Positions 35,772 to 44,869 of a stretch of 64,000 nt of DNA are shown in pieces (the first letter of the stretch is position 1; the number at the start of each line of letters is the position of its first letter). Source of the DNA: a virus; IMG/VR virus record IMGVR_UViG_3300043256_000274, positions 12,411 to 76,410 of that record. The stretch is one strand, 5' to 3'. The notes beneath the pieces are model-generated. The model worked only from the letters and a program-made list of their open reading frames with translations, had not been told where the DNA came from and ran no database searches. Both the position numbers and the translations under genes were made by a program.

Positions 35772-38398
35772 TCGCAGTCTCCGGTGATGGCGCAGGAGAT
35801 CACCGCGCCTCGCTTGCCGTCCTTGTTGTACGTGGTACAGCCTTTACATCCGAGCTCCCAAGCTCGGATGTAAATACCCTTGAAGTCGTCCCAGGACATC
35901 GAGCCATCGACGTTGCAGGTCTTGGATACGGCGCTGTCCACGTAGGACTGCGCCGTAGCCAGCACCGCCAGATGTTCGTTTGCTGTGACCTCACCCGCTG
36001 TCTTGCCGCGGACGCCGAGGAACCGGGACCCGTAGTCCTCGAAGCGATATGTCCGCGCGACCTGATCGCTGTCGATGATCTCGCGGTCGACCTCATAGGC
36101 GAACACCGGCTCGATGCCGCTGCTGATGTTGTCAGCGCACAGGCTGATCGTCCCTGTGGGCGCGATGGAGAGTAGGTGAGAGTTGCGGGTACCGTACCGG
36201 CCGATGTCCGCACGGACGTCGGCCGGTAGAGTCTGGATGAACTCCCCCGCCTGGTAGCGCGCGTCGAACAGCGGGAACGGACCCTTCTCTCGGGCCAGCG
36301 CAACGCTGGCCCGATACGACTCGTCCCGCAAGACAGTCAGGATGGTCGCCAAGGTACTGACGAACATCTCGCTGCCGTACTCGAAGCCCATGGCTTCCAG
36401 TGCGTTCGCTACGCCCGTCACACCCAGACCCATTCGGCGCTTCGACTTGGCCTCGCGCTCCTGCTCAGGCAGTGGATAGGTGGCGACGTCGATGACATTG
36501 TCCATGGCCCGTACGACCAGGGGGATGTCGGCCTGGAAGAGGTCGTAGTCGAACTCCCAATGGAACTCCTCGCCGGTCATGCCCCCGCCGTCGTAGCCGA
36601 GATGTCGACCCTGTTTCAGATACATCGTCAGGTTGAACGACCCCAACAGACACGCACCGTAGGGCGAGAGCGGCTGCTCTCCACATGGGTTCGTGGCCGC
36701 GATGGTCTCGCAGTACCACAGATTGTTCGCGGCGTTGATGCGGTCAATGAAGAGGACACCGGGCTCACCCCAATCCCACGTTGACCGCATGATGGTCTCC
36801 CACAACGCACGGGCGTTGATCTGCCGGACGTTCTGCCCCTCGAAGCGTAGCCAGAAGAGTGCATCGTCACGGACAGCTTCCATGAACTCATCCGTCACCG
36901 CGACCGAGATGTTGAAGGCCGTCAGCGCGTTCGTGTTCTGTTTCGCATGGACGAACTCCTCAATGTCGGGGTGGTCGACGCGCAGAACCCCCATCTGGGC
37001 ACCGCGACGATGGCTCGCGGCCGAGATGCAGACGCAGCCGGCGTTGAAGATGCCCATGAAGGGAAGCGGCCCCGCGGAGTGGGTCTGTAGCTTCTTGATC
37101 AGCGCACCCCTGGGCCTCAGCGTCGAGAAGTCGTAGCCGATCCCGCCTCCCATCTGGAGGGTGGCGAGGGCCTCGTCGAGGCGTTGGGTGATGGAGCCAT
37201 CGCCGACTCGCAGCGAGTCGGCGATAGTCCCCGACACAAAACACTGACCAGTGTGAATTCCACCCTCCAAAACAAACGAGTCGGTGGACTTGACGCGCGG
37301 ACAATACGTCATGCCTTTGCGTATTGATCCGATCTCAGCTACGCGCCAACCAGCTTTTCGAGGCACGAACCGATCACGGTGATGCTCCATCAGGAAGTCA
37401 GCGTTCGTCAGTGATGCGCGGTCGAAACGGAGGTTTCCGGACTCCTTGTTGCGCTCTCCAAAATTCGTAGTGGCCTTGAGTTTTGACCAACCTAGCGGGT
37501 GGAAGCCAGCGACAGGAGCCCAGCGTCGGCACCACTGGACCTCGTCCGGGGCCATGCAGATTGTAACTTCTGGCTGCGTAGATACGCAGCCGTCTGTAGC
37601 TATCCATCCGCGCATGAACCCACGCAAGTATGCAGGAGAGACGTCGAGCGGTAGCACTTTGAGATTACTGTCAGACTCAATCACCACGAACGGATCACCA
37701 CCACAGGAGTTTGGGTGGGTCACTGAAAGTGCTGGAAGGAATCGTTCGAGAGTTGCCTTTGCACCACAGAGGCGAATCTGGAATCGACCTGCGCGTCGGA
37801 ATGAGCCATCGCCATAGATGATGCCGTGGGCAAGACCATCCAAATAGTTGATGGGGCATTCTCCGCGGTCTTGTTCTGTTTTTAGTCCAGGCGCGTGAAG
37901 GTATGCAATCGACAAACCTCGACGCAAGTTACCAGTTACGCACTCCGACCCATCTGCAAGGATCCAGCGATGGTCTGGTGTTGCCCAGACGGTTTGGGAG
38001 ATGCGTCCTGACGTGAGTCTAACCTCTCGTAGATCGCGGATGCCGAACTCATTGATCTTTGCTCGTTGCCACTCGCCGTTGCCGTCGAGCAACGTAACCT
38101 CTCCATATTCATAGGCTGTTGAGAGATCAATCACACCATGCTCTCTCGTAATGAACCGGGTGCCTGCCTCTAGACAGTTGTACGGCGTGATGTTGCGCGT
38201 GCTACCGATGGCCAACTGTATTCGGCCTCCAGCCAAGAAGCGCTGTTCGAGCAGGATCTCCCGGTAGGGTTTGTAGTGCTCGCCGGGAGCGAGCACTACA
38301 GCCTGCCGGTTGCATGCCTCTTCGAAGCTCTCCCCCGGGCCGCGGTACTTTGCGGCGTGCTGCAGGTCACACTCGGGAACTTGCGGTCCGTAGGTCAT
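35768..38398 (-). CDS. nrdJ: Class II (B12-dependent) ribonucleotide reductase with intein
   Basis: GGGIGYDFS, RRGAQM, HPDIEEF, TNPCGEQ, CLLGS, IAPTGTIS, SSGIEP; no NrdB seen. Confidence 0.9.
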   Translation of the reverse strand: MTYGPQVPECDLQHAAKYRGPGESFEEACNRQAVVLAPGEHYKPYREILLEQRFLAGGRIQLAIGSTRNITPYNCLEAGTRFITREHGVIDLSTAYEYGEVTLLDGNGEWQRAKINEFGIRDLREVRLTSGRISQTVWATPDHRWILADGSECVTGNLRRGLSIAYLHAPGLKTEQDRGECPINYLDGLAHGIIYGDGSFRRAGRFQIRLCGAKATLERFLPALSVTHPNSCGGDPFVVIESDSNLKVLPLDVSPAYLRGFMRGWIATDGCVSTQPEVTICMAPDEVQWCRRWAPVAGFHPLGWSKLKATTNFGERNKESGNLRFDRASLTNADFLMEHHRDRFVPRKAGWRVAEIGSIRKGMTYCPRVKSTDSFVLEGGIHTGQCFVSGTIADSLRVGDGSITQRLDEALATLQMGGGIGYDFSTLRPRGALIKKLQTHSAGPLPFMGIFNAGCVCISAASHRRGAQMGVLRVDHPDIEEFVHAKQNTNALTAFNISVAVTDEFMEAVRDDALFWLRFEGQNVRQINARALWETIMRSTWDWGEPGVLFIDRINAANNLWYCETIAATNPCGEQPLSPYGACLLGSFNLTMYLKQGRHLGYDGGGMTGEEFHWEFDYDLFQADIPLVVRAMDNVIDVATYPLPEQEREAKSKRRMGLGVTGVANALEAMGFEYGSEMFVSTLATILTVLRDESYRASVALAREKGPFPLFDARYQAGEFIQTLPADVRADIGRYGTRNSHLLSIAPTGTISLCADNISSGIEPVFAYEVDREIIDSDQVARTYRFEDYGSRFLGVRGKTAGEVTANEHLAVLATAQSYVDSAVSKTCNVDGSMSWDDFKGIYIRAWELGCKGCTTYNKDGKRGAVISCAITGDCE
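37244..38176 (-). mobile_element. Intein (311 aa) with LAGLIDADG homing endonuclease
   Basis: N|CLEAGTRF...GIIYGDGS...RGWIATDG...GIHTGQ|CFV; removal restores YNCFV. Confidence 0.9.
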
Positions 38399-38679
38399 TC
38401 GGGAAATCGTCCGATGACGACGTAGAAGATGGCAGCGAGGATGCGCTCACGGTCGGCAGTGGACGCACCTTCGGGAAGAAGACTAGAGAGGGGCTCGTAC
38501 TGAGATCGTAGTTCCGCCATGCGCTCTTTGATCGATGCCAATTCCAGACGGGAACTGGCAGTTTCAACGTTCGCACGCGCAAGACGGGTCTTGTCTTGCG
38601 CGTGGAAGTAGTCAGCGAGATCACTCACCAGCCAAGCCTTATGCGCAGGCGCTCTAGGAACGAGCGACGCAGAGGCCAC
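38395..38679 (-). CDS. Hypothetical protein
   Basis: Coupled to the nrdJ start; its own start is uncertain. Confidence 0.5.
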   Translation of the reverse strand: MASASLVPRAPAHKAWLVSDLADYFHAQDKTRLARANVETASSRLELASIKERMAELRSQYEPLSSLLPEGASTADRERILAAIFYVVIGRFPE

Positions 38680-38891
38680 TCTTCGACCCGCAGCACGACT
38701 TCATCAGTGAGGATCTCGACCCCATCGGCATATATATCGAGTGTGACATGCAGCAGTCCATCGTCGGCACCCGCTTTCATTTCGACGGACTTTACCGAGA
38801 GTTTCTCAGTCACGTCCTCATCTCCAAGAAAGACCTGGAAGTCTTTGTTGATGTTGGGACCAATTTTGATTCGTAGCTGGTTATTCTTCAT
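38625..38891 (-). CDS. Hypothetical protein
   Basis: GAGG RBS, ATGA coupling. Confidence 0.55.
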   Translation of the reverse strand: MKNNQLRIKIGPNINKDFQVFLGDEDVTEKLSVKSVEMKAGADDGLLHVTLDIYADGVEILTDEVVLRVEEWPLRRSFLERLRIRLGW

Positions 38892-39034
38892 TTCGTTTCC
38901 TCAAGAATGTCCTGCACTCGACAGAACGAGCACAAGATTGTGGATTCATCATTTTGCACCACGCGACAACCGACAGGTCGGCCACAGCGTTCGCAGCTAG
39001 GTGCGTCTTCCTCTTGGCTGCAGATGAGTTTCAC
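38888..39034 (-). CDS. Small zinc-ribbon protein
   Basis: CERC and CSFC; GTGA coupling. Confidence 0.45.
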   Translation of the reverse strand: MKLICSQEEDAPSCERCGRPVGCRVVQNDESTILCSFCRVQDILEETK

Positions 39035-40245
39035 TGGATCACCGTCACAGTCTTGGCGGCACGGGTCAAAGCCGTGTACATCCAACGAGACGCATCTTGT
39101 CGGAAGCACGAACTCTCATCTATGATACAGACCGAGTCATACTGACTGCCTTGGCTCTTATGACAGGTGATCGCGTAGGCGAAGTCGAAGCACTGAGCGC
39201 CGCGGATCTCGTAGTGGGGGATCTCGTCCTCGGTGCCCAGGAAGTATTGCTTGTGGGCTGTGACCGTGAACGAGTAAGCATCCTCCTCACCGGATGCAGC
39301 GATGGTGAGGAGCAGCTTGTCGCCTGTGGGGTCGTCCTCGACTCCGACGACATCCCACTGGCTGCCGTTGAGCAGGCCCGTGTCGGCGTCGTTGCGGAGG
39401 CAGATTAGCCGATCCCCTACCACAGGTAGGGGATCGTCTATCCCCATGACGCGCTCTCGGATGCGGCTATTGATTCGGCGCCGCGTCACGTTCCGGCCGC
39501 AGATGACTTGATCGAACGCCGCGAGGTCGGCCGTTGTCAGGCTGTTCTTCTTCACCACCTTCGCATCCCCCTCGGGCCGTAGGTTGAGCGAGCGCCCAGC
39601 ACGGACCGCTGTGGCCATGGCGAGGATAGGAGATCCAGCGGCTTGCCGGTGGATCTCCGTCAAAAGGCAATCTGCCTTTTGACATGTAAAGTAGCCGGTG
39701 CCGCGGACGGGCGGAAGCTGGGCGGGGTCTCCAAGTGCCAGGATTGGGCAACCGAAGCTCTCCAGGTCTTGGCCGATCTGCATGTCGACCATGGAGACCT
39801 CGTCGAGGATCAGGAGCGACGCCTCACGTAGCTCGGACTCAAGGTTCAGGTTGAACGCCGGCTTCTTGAGGTTCTTACTCTCCTCGCGAAAGAGGAGTTG
39901 GAGTTCTCGGAGACGAACTTCGTCCTTCTCGGCTTCCATCTGCTCTCGGATCTTCGTCAACTTCTGAGCGCACTTGGCGCGAGGGATGTAGATGAGCGAG
40001 TGAATCGTGCGGGCACCGTAGCAGCCCTTGGAGTTGAGCACAAGCGCAGCCTTGCCAGTGAAGGCCGCGAAGATGACGTTGCCACCGATCGCTTCGGCGA
40101 TGGCCTTGGCGATCGTCGTCTTGCCGGTGCCGGCGTAGCCGAAGAGCCGGAAGACCGGAGGCTGGTGAATGTCACCATGCGACAGCGCTTCGTGCCACTT
40201 GAGCACAGCGTCGATCGCGCCTTGCTGTTCGGGTGTCCATTCCAT
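39031..40245 (-). CDS. Dda/RecD-like SF1B helicase
   Basis: GYAGTGKT, DEVSM, GDPAQLPPV, HRQ, AITCHKSQGS, YTALTRA. Confidence 0.92.
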   Translation of the reverse strand: MEWTPEQQGAIDAVLKWHEALSHGDIHQPPVFRLFGYAGTGKTTIAKAIAEAIGGNVIFAAFTGKAALVLNSKGCYGARTIHSLIYIPRAKCAQKLTKIREQMEAEKDEVRLRELQLLFREESKNLKKPAFNLNLESELREASLLILDEVSMVDMQIGQDLESFGCPILALGDPAQLPPVRGTGYFTCQKADCLLTEIHRQAAGSPILAMATAVRAGRSLNLRPEGDAKVVKKNSLTTADLAAFDQVICGRNVTRRRINSRIRERVMGIDDPLPVVGDRLICLRNDADTGLLNGSQWDVVGVEDDPTGDKLLLTIAASGEEDAYSFTVTAHKQYFLGTEDEIPHYEIRGAQCFDFAYAITCHKSQGSQYDSVCIIDESSCFRQDASRWMYTALTRAAKTVTVIQ

Positions 40246-40541
40246 CAGTTGTTACCCAAGCATTCAGTACAAACAATCCACTTTCCAGCACGACTAGGAC
40301 CGTAACCTTTCTGATTACAGAAAGTGCAGATGCCAAGGTAGGCGGCTCGCGGATCTTTCGCAAGCTGTTCGACCCGCGCTCGATCGTCTTTGTCACGCTG
40401 GATCTTGTCCGCCGCCAGGCCGGATTCTGATATCCAGGCTGCGCACGCAAGGACACCGGTCGCACTAGCGGCCCAGTATTCGCCCATGCACAGGAACATA
40501 AGGGTGAAGGCAGCGAAGAGTACAGGAAAGACGTTCTTCAT
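40245..40541 (-). CDS. Membrane protein with zinc finger
   Basis: Two hydrophobic segments; CTFC/CTEC. Confidence 0.5.
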   Translation of the reverse strand: MKNVFPVLFAAFTLMFLCMGEYWAASATGVLACAAWISESGLAADKIQRDKDDRARVEQLAKDPRAAYLGICTFCNQKGYGPSRAGKWIVCTECLGNN

Positions 40542-40684
40542 AAGGTCTCGCAGTATTCTCGTAGATTCTCGCGTGCGATCTCTTCGGTATCGTAGGGTCC
40601 ATAACTCTCAGACCAAGTCTCGTTCCAAAAGAACCATCCCTGGACGTCAATTCTCTGAAAGATCGGATCGTTGCTTTGTTCCAT
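40538..40684 (-). CDS. Hypothetical protein
   Basis: WFFWNETW...GPYDTEEIA. Confidence 0.5.
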   Translation of the reverse strand: MEQSNDPIFQRIDVQGWFFWNETWSESYGPYDTEEIARENLREYCETL

Positions 40685-40911
40685 CAGGATATCCCGAAGA
40701 GTTGGAGGATTCGCTGTAGCCCACGCGCAGCCTCTTTGCAGTCGACTTTGGTCTTGCCCCAACTCACAGCATGTGTTTTCCCATCGGGTCCGAAAGACAA
40801 GACGAGCACTTGTGTCTGACCATACTGTTCGCCGTAGCGTTTTGCAGCGGCCACTGGGATTCGTTTCGGGGGTTTCTTCATGGGGGGAGGTTGGGCAGTT
40901 TTCATTCTCAT
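40684..40911 (-). CDS. Hypothetical protein
   Basis: IPVAAAKR...THAVSWG. Confidence 0.5.
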   Translation of the reverse strand: MRMKTAQPPPMKKPPKRIPVAAAKRYGEQYGQTQVLVLSFGPDGKTHAVSWGKTKVDCKEAARGLQRILQLFGIS

Positions 40912-41053
40912 GCCCAGGAGGGAGGTTTAGACCAGCGCGAGCTCGGCCTCGTCGAAGACGGGGCAGAAGTCGGGCACGGTCACGTTGCGTTTGGCTGGTA
41001 AAGGCCGTAGGCAACCCCTTGCGCACAACTTTTCTCTAGGTGCGTGCTCTAGT

Positions 41054-41257
41054 TGTAAGGTGGAGGGTTGCTACGTGTGGTCCCCCTCCGGAGACCAAAC
41101 TGACGGGCGTAGCTCCTAGGCAGGGCCGGTGGTCGGTGATCCCTTCCCTGCCTGGACCCGTTCATACAGTCACCGTGGGTCCGTGTAAGGTGGGGGTAGC
41201 TCCCGTGCGGTTCCATCCACACAACCGCCGCCCCCTGGGTCCAAGATAGCTACTTGG
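41054..41257 (-). ncRNA. Candidate structured RNA (five closely spaced hairpins)
   Basis: Stems visible by eye in an intergenic gap; strand assumed from flanking transcription. Confidence 0.35.
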
Positions 41258-41258
41258 T

Positions 41259-42101
41259 CTAGTAGGGCTCGTTCTCGCCGCCCGTGCCGCCTTCGCCGGC
41301 GCCTTCAGTGTCGAAGGCGATGTTGGCCACGCCGTTGTCGAAGTCATCCGCCAGGGCCTTGCCCAGGGGGTAGATGACCTTGGCGACGTCGCTGGCCGGA
41401 AGGATCACACTGGCCGCGATGCCGTCCTTGAAGACGTTGCCGTCATACCCGAGGGGCATGAGGCGGAAGTTGAAGCTCGTACCCTTCGCGGCCGGGTTCA
41501 CGACGGACGTGATACGGAGCGGGAAGGCGTACAGCGGAGCGTCGCCGGGGATCTTTCGGATCTCGCCGATCGACTCCTTGTAGGCCTTGATCTTCGTGGA
41601 CGTGAACGAGATGATCGCCATGCCAGTCGGCTCGGCGAGGCTCTCGGCTGACGTCAGAAAACCGATGACGTAGAACGTCTCGATCAGGCGATCACCGTCC
41701 GGTGTCACCATCTCGTTGAAGGCGAACCTCCGTGCTGCGGCCTTGACGACCTCGTCGCTCGGGCTGAATTTCCCGACGATGGTCCCGCTTCCCGGCTCGC
41801 CCCTCCACGCCACGTAGACGCGGGCGGTGTTGCAGGGAATGAAGACGACGCCTTCGGTGCCGTCGTACAGTTGCTTGGACACGGAGTCCATCAGCATCCC
41901 CGGCTCGGCGCCTTCGACCTTCTTGGAAGGATCGGAGATGACCTTGCTCAGGGCTTGGAGAAGAGACAGGAACGGAATCGCCTGGTCGGCGCTCGTCATG
42001 TTCTTCGTTCCGGTTCCGGCGTGCTCGCCGAAGTCGACTGTTGCGAGAGCGCCGGCGTCGGCGATCGTGGTGAGGGCTTTCGTAGCTTTCTTGGTGGCCA
42101 T
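41259..42101 (-). CDS. Phage ssDNA-binding/annealing-type protein
   Basis: IPFLSLLQALS; acidic Gly-rich tail ending ENEPY; located in the replication module. Confidence 0.55.
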   Translation of the reverse strand: MATKKATKALTTIADAGALATVDFGEHAGTGTKNMTSADQAIPFLSLLQALSKVISDPSKKVEGAEPGMLMDSVSKQLYDGTEGVVFIPCNTARVYVAWRGEPGSGTIVGKFSPSDEVVKAAARRFAFNEMVTPDGDRLIETFYVIGFLTSAESLAEPTGMAIISFTSTKIKAYKESIGEIRKIPGDAPLYAFPLRITSVVNPAAKGTSFNFRLMPLGYDGNVFKDGIAASVILPASDVAKVIYPLGKALADDFDNGVANIAFDTEGAGEGGTGGENEPY

Positions 42102-42166
42102 GGTTGGCTTACCTCTTCGTAGTTGACAGTTTGTTGACTCGCGGGATTGAAGGCTCCCGCCGTGGC

Positions 42167-42751
42167 CTATTTCTTCGAGACCTTCGCGTGTTTGAACTCG
42201 CGGATCTGGAAGATGTCTCTCGGCAGTGCTTCACCCTCGAAGCCTTCCTCGGCTTCGGCTACGAGGCGCTTCTTCACGAAGGCCGTCAGGGTAGACGACT
42301 CGACCTTCATGGTCTGGCGTGCGTTGGCACCGAACTCAGTCTCCAGGTTGTCGAGCAGGTCGTTGGCTCGCTTTCCTTCGGAGGCGGCGAACGCTACCTC
42401 GACGGTGCGCTTGATGTTGCCGCCGTGGCCGTGCTCCATCATCCACGCATGTCCTTTCGGCCGGCTCGCTTCGGGCAGACTGGCACGGACGACGTCCTTG
42501 ACCTGGATCTTTCGGCCGTCCGACGTGTGCAGGATCGGCTGTTTGAGTTCGAGCATGAGCTCAGGGAGTTCGTGCTCGACGATGCCTTGCATCCGTGCCG
42601 ACCTCTGGGCAAGCACGGCTGCAGCCTCCGAGACTGCAACTTCGGCGATCTCGAGTTCCCGCACAAGGGCGGTCAGTTGCTCCAGCTTGTCGGACGAGGG
42701 GGCGACAGCGTGGTCACCGAAATCGACTCCGGTGAGGTCGGGACTGGTCAT
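42167..42751 (-). CDS. Conserved phage replication-module protein
   Basis: LPELM...W..EHGHG..IK...TLTAFVK; AGGAG RBS. Confidence 0.6.
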   Translation of the reverse strand: MTSPDLTGVDFGDHAVAPSSDKLEQLTALVRELEIAEVAVSEAAAVLAQRSARMQGIVEHELPELMLELKQPILHTSDGRKIQVKDVVRASLPEASRPKGHAWMMEHGHGGNIKRTVEVAFAASEGKRANDLLDNLETEFGANARQTMKVESSTLTAFVKKRLVAEAEEGFEGEALPRDIFQIREFKHAKVSKK

Positions 42752-42798
42752 AGGTTCTCCTGAGAGGGGTGTGAGTATGCAGAATCCTACCACATGGT

Positions 42799-44274
42799 TC
42801 AGATCCAGGCGCGTATTTCGTCACCTTGGACGAAGGCAGCCATTTCGTGCTTCTTGCGAAGGACGTCGATGATCGCGGTGTCCACGGTGTCGACGGCTGC
42901 GAGGTCGATGATGTGGACCGGATCGGTCTGGCCGATCCGGTGGAACCTGTCTTCGCTCTGAATCCGTCGAGACAAGCGGTAACCATTGTTGTAGTAGATC
43001 ATCGTCTTCGCGCACGTCAGGGTGAGTCCTTCGCTTCCCTTCGCAGGGTTCGCGACGAACACCTGAGCATCGCCCGCTTTGAAAGAATCAACGGCTTCGC
43101 CCATCTGGGTTTCGTTGCACTGGCCATCATAGCGGACTGCAGCGATTTTCGCGTCCCGAAGGGCCGCGAGAATCGCTGTAATATCCTGCCTGTACTTCGC
43201 CCACACGATGACCTGATGTCCGGCTTCTTCCACACACTCCAGGAGTAGTTCCACGCGTAGGTTACGGTCTCCCAGCGGGATGAGACTCTCGTCATCGTCG
43301 GACGGAAGATACCCCGAGGTTATCTGTTGCAGTCTGAGTATCCGTGTGATAGCCAGATCGGTCGACAACATTTCGCCGGAGTCCAGGATCGTGAAGTGCT
43401 GCGCCTGGAGATCCTTGTACGCTCGCCACTGCGCCGGTGTCATATCGAAGTAGCGCTTCGAGTACAGCTTCGGCGGCAGGTCAAGTACGTCCTCCTTGCG
43501 CAGCCGGGATCCGTAGCGAGCGACGATCCTCTTGAGCAGGTCAAGATTCCGGTACTCGACGAGCATAGGGAACTCACGCTCCTTGACCTTGCCTTCCTTG
43601 TCCGTGTAAAGCATGCTCTGTTTCTTCCAGATGCCGAACGTGTTCTTGAATGCACCGAAGTCGCTACAGCCGATCTCGAACCACACGGTAGGATCAAGGA
43701 ACCTAATCTGGTTGTAGACGTCGAACGGCTTGTCATCAACGATGGTGCCAGTAAGGATGCGGCGGTACGGGCACGCCTTACTGGAGCCAGAGATCCGCAT
43801 GGACCTCTTCGAGCCAGGGGTCTTGATCCTGGGCGACTCGTCAAGCGCGTACATGCACGGTCGGCTATCCATGTAGGCCTTCCAGAACGACCGGCCCAGC
43901 TTCGTCATGACCGCGTCGTAGCTCATGCACACGATGGAGAAGCCGTCGTAGTCAAGGACTGCCTGCGCAGCCGCCCTGTGAGCGAGCGTGCTGGCCTTTG
44001 ACGTCTGCCACAGGAAGACCTTCGTGCGCTCTTGGAGCTCGTCAGGGAGGTGCTGAGGAATTTGATCAACGACCCAATTTCTGTGGACCCCATTGGGCGC
44101 CAGCACCATCAGGCCGCGGATCGCACCAGTCTGCTCGAGATGCGCCGCCTCGTTGAGGATCGGCCACGTCTTGCCCACGCCTGGCTCCCACAGCAGGCCC
44201 CAGGCAGGGGTCTCCTTGTGGGCGTTGAACTCTTCTAGCTGGTGGGCGAACGGACTCGTTTTGAACTCAATCAT
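42799..44274 (-). CDS. SNF2/DEAD-like SF2 helicase
   Basis: PGVGKT, DES, LTGT, GLTLT, QSEDRFHRIGQ. Confidence 0.92.
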   Translation of the reverse strand: MIEFKTSPFAHQLEEFNAHKETPAWGLLWEPGVGKTWPILNEAAHLEQTGAIRGLMVLAPNGVHRNWVVDQIPQHLPDELQERTKVFLWQTSKASTLAHRAAAQAVLDYDGFSIVCMSYDAVMTKLGRSFWKAYMDSRPCMYALDESPRIKTPGSKRSMRISGSSKACPYRRILTGTIVDDKPFDVYNQIRFLDPTVWFEIGCSDFGAFKNTFGIWKKQSMLYTDKEGKVKEREFPMLVEYRNLDLLKRIVARYGSRLRKEDVLDLPPKLYSKRYFDMTPAQWRAYKDLQAQHFTILDSGEMLSTDLAITRILRLQQITSGYLPSDDDESLIPLGDRNLRVELLLECVEEAGHQVIVWAKYRQDITAILAALRDAKIAAVRYDGQCNETQMGEAVDSFKAGDAQVFVANPAKGSEGLTLTCAKTMIYYNNGYRLSRRIQSEDRFHRIGQTDPVHIIDLAAVDTVDTAIIDVLRKKHEMAAFVQGDEIRAWI

Positions 44275-44275
44275 T

Positions 44276-44431
44276 CTACGAGAATGATACACTCACTTGA
44301 GGACGAGTTCCTCCACAGCCCTTACAGACAACTCCATCATGACCCGCGAGCGGCGGCTCTACGTCATCAGGGTCATTCTTGTAGGGGCAATCGGGACTAT
44401 GACGAACGGACGAGGGTGATTCAGTAGTCAT
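44276..44431 (-). CDS. Small Cys/His protein
   Basis: Leaderless ATG after the promoter; HSPDC and CKGC. Confidence 0.4.
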   Translation of the reverse strand: MTTESPSSVRHSPDCPYKNDPDDVEPPLAGHDGVVCKGCGGTRPQVSVSFS

Positions 44432-44437
44432 GCACTC

Positions 44438-44466
44438 ACCATAAAGGAAGATCCTGGAGGGGTCAA
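44438..44466 (-). promoter_or_regulatory. Sigma70-type promoter heading the replication module
   Basis: TTGACC-N17-TATGGT immediately after the terminator. Confidence 0.65.
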
Positions 44467-44469
44467 GGC

Positions 44470-44503
44470 AAAAAGAAAGGTCCCCGTCCGGAGACGGGGA
44501 CCT
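44470..44503 (-). terminator. Intrinsic terminator ending the structural operon
   Basis: 11-bp stem AGGTCCCCGTC/GACGGGGACCT followed by TTCTTTTT. Confidence 0.85.
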
Positions 44504-44566
44504 AGTCACCCCATGAAGAACGAGGAGTCGGCTCGTCCCGCAAGGCCTGATCGTAGCAGGAGGGCG

Positions 44567-44869
44567 CTAGGAGAGCAAGGACTTGACCCCAAGCCACGCG
44601 ACGCCCAGGAGGGCAGCGACCAAGAGGCCGACCATGGTGAGCAGGGTCTTCTTCTTGACGGACTCGGACATGAGCCGCAACTCGCGGACGAACTGCATGT
44701 CCCGCTGCACGTCCATCGGGTTCCGGGCGTCGATGCCCAGGGTGGACATCGCCTCCACGACCGCGTCGTGCATCAGCTCGCGCAGCTCCTCTCGGCCGAG
44801 GACGTCCCCGTTCGCGATAGAATCGCTCACGGCTTCGCGAATCAGGTCTTTCAGCTCTTCCGGTTCCAT
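44567..44869 (-). CDS. Membrane protein, possible holin
   Basis: Single C-terminal TM helix; last gene of the tail operon. Confidence 0.45.
   Translation of the reverse strand: MEPEELKDLIREAVSDSIANGDVLGREELRELMHDAVVEAMSTLGIDARNPMDVQRDMQFVRELRLMSESVKKKTLLTMVGLLVAALLGVAWLGVKSLLS

Noticed and set aside
41040-41258. tRNA or tmRNA
   Set aside because: No T-loop GTTCRA or cloverleaf on either strand.
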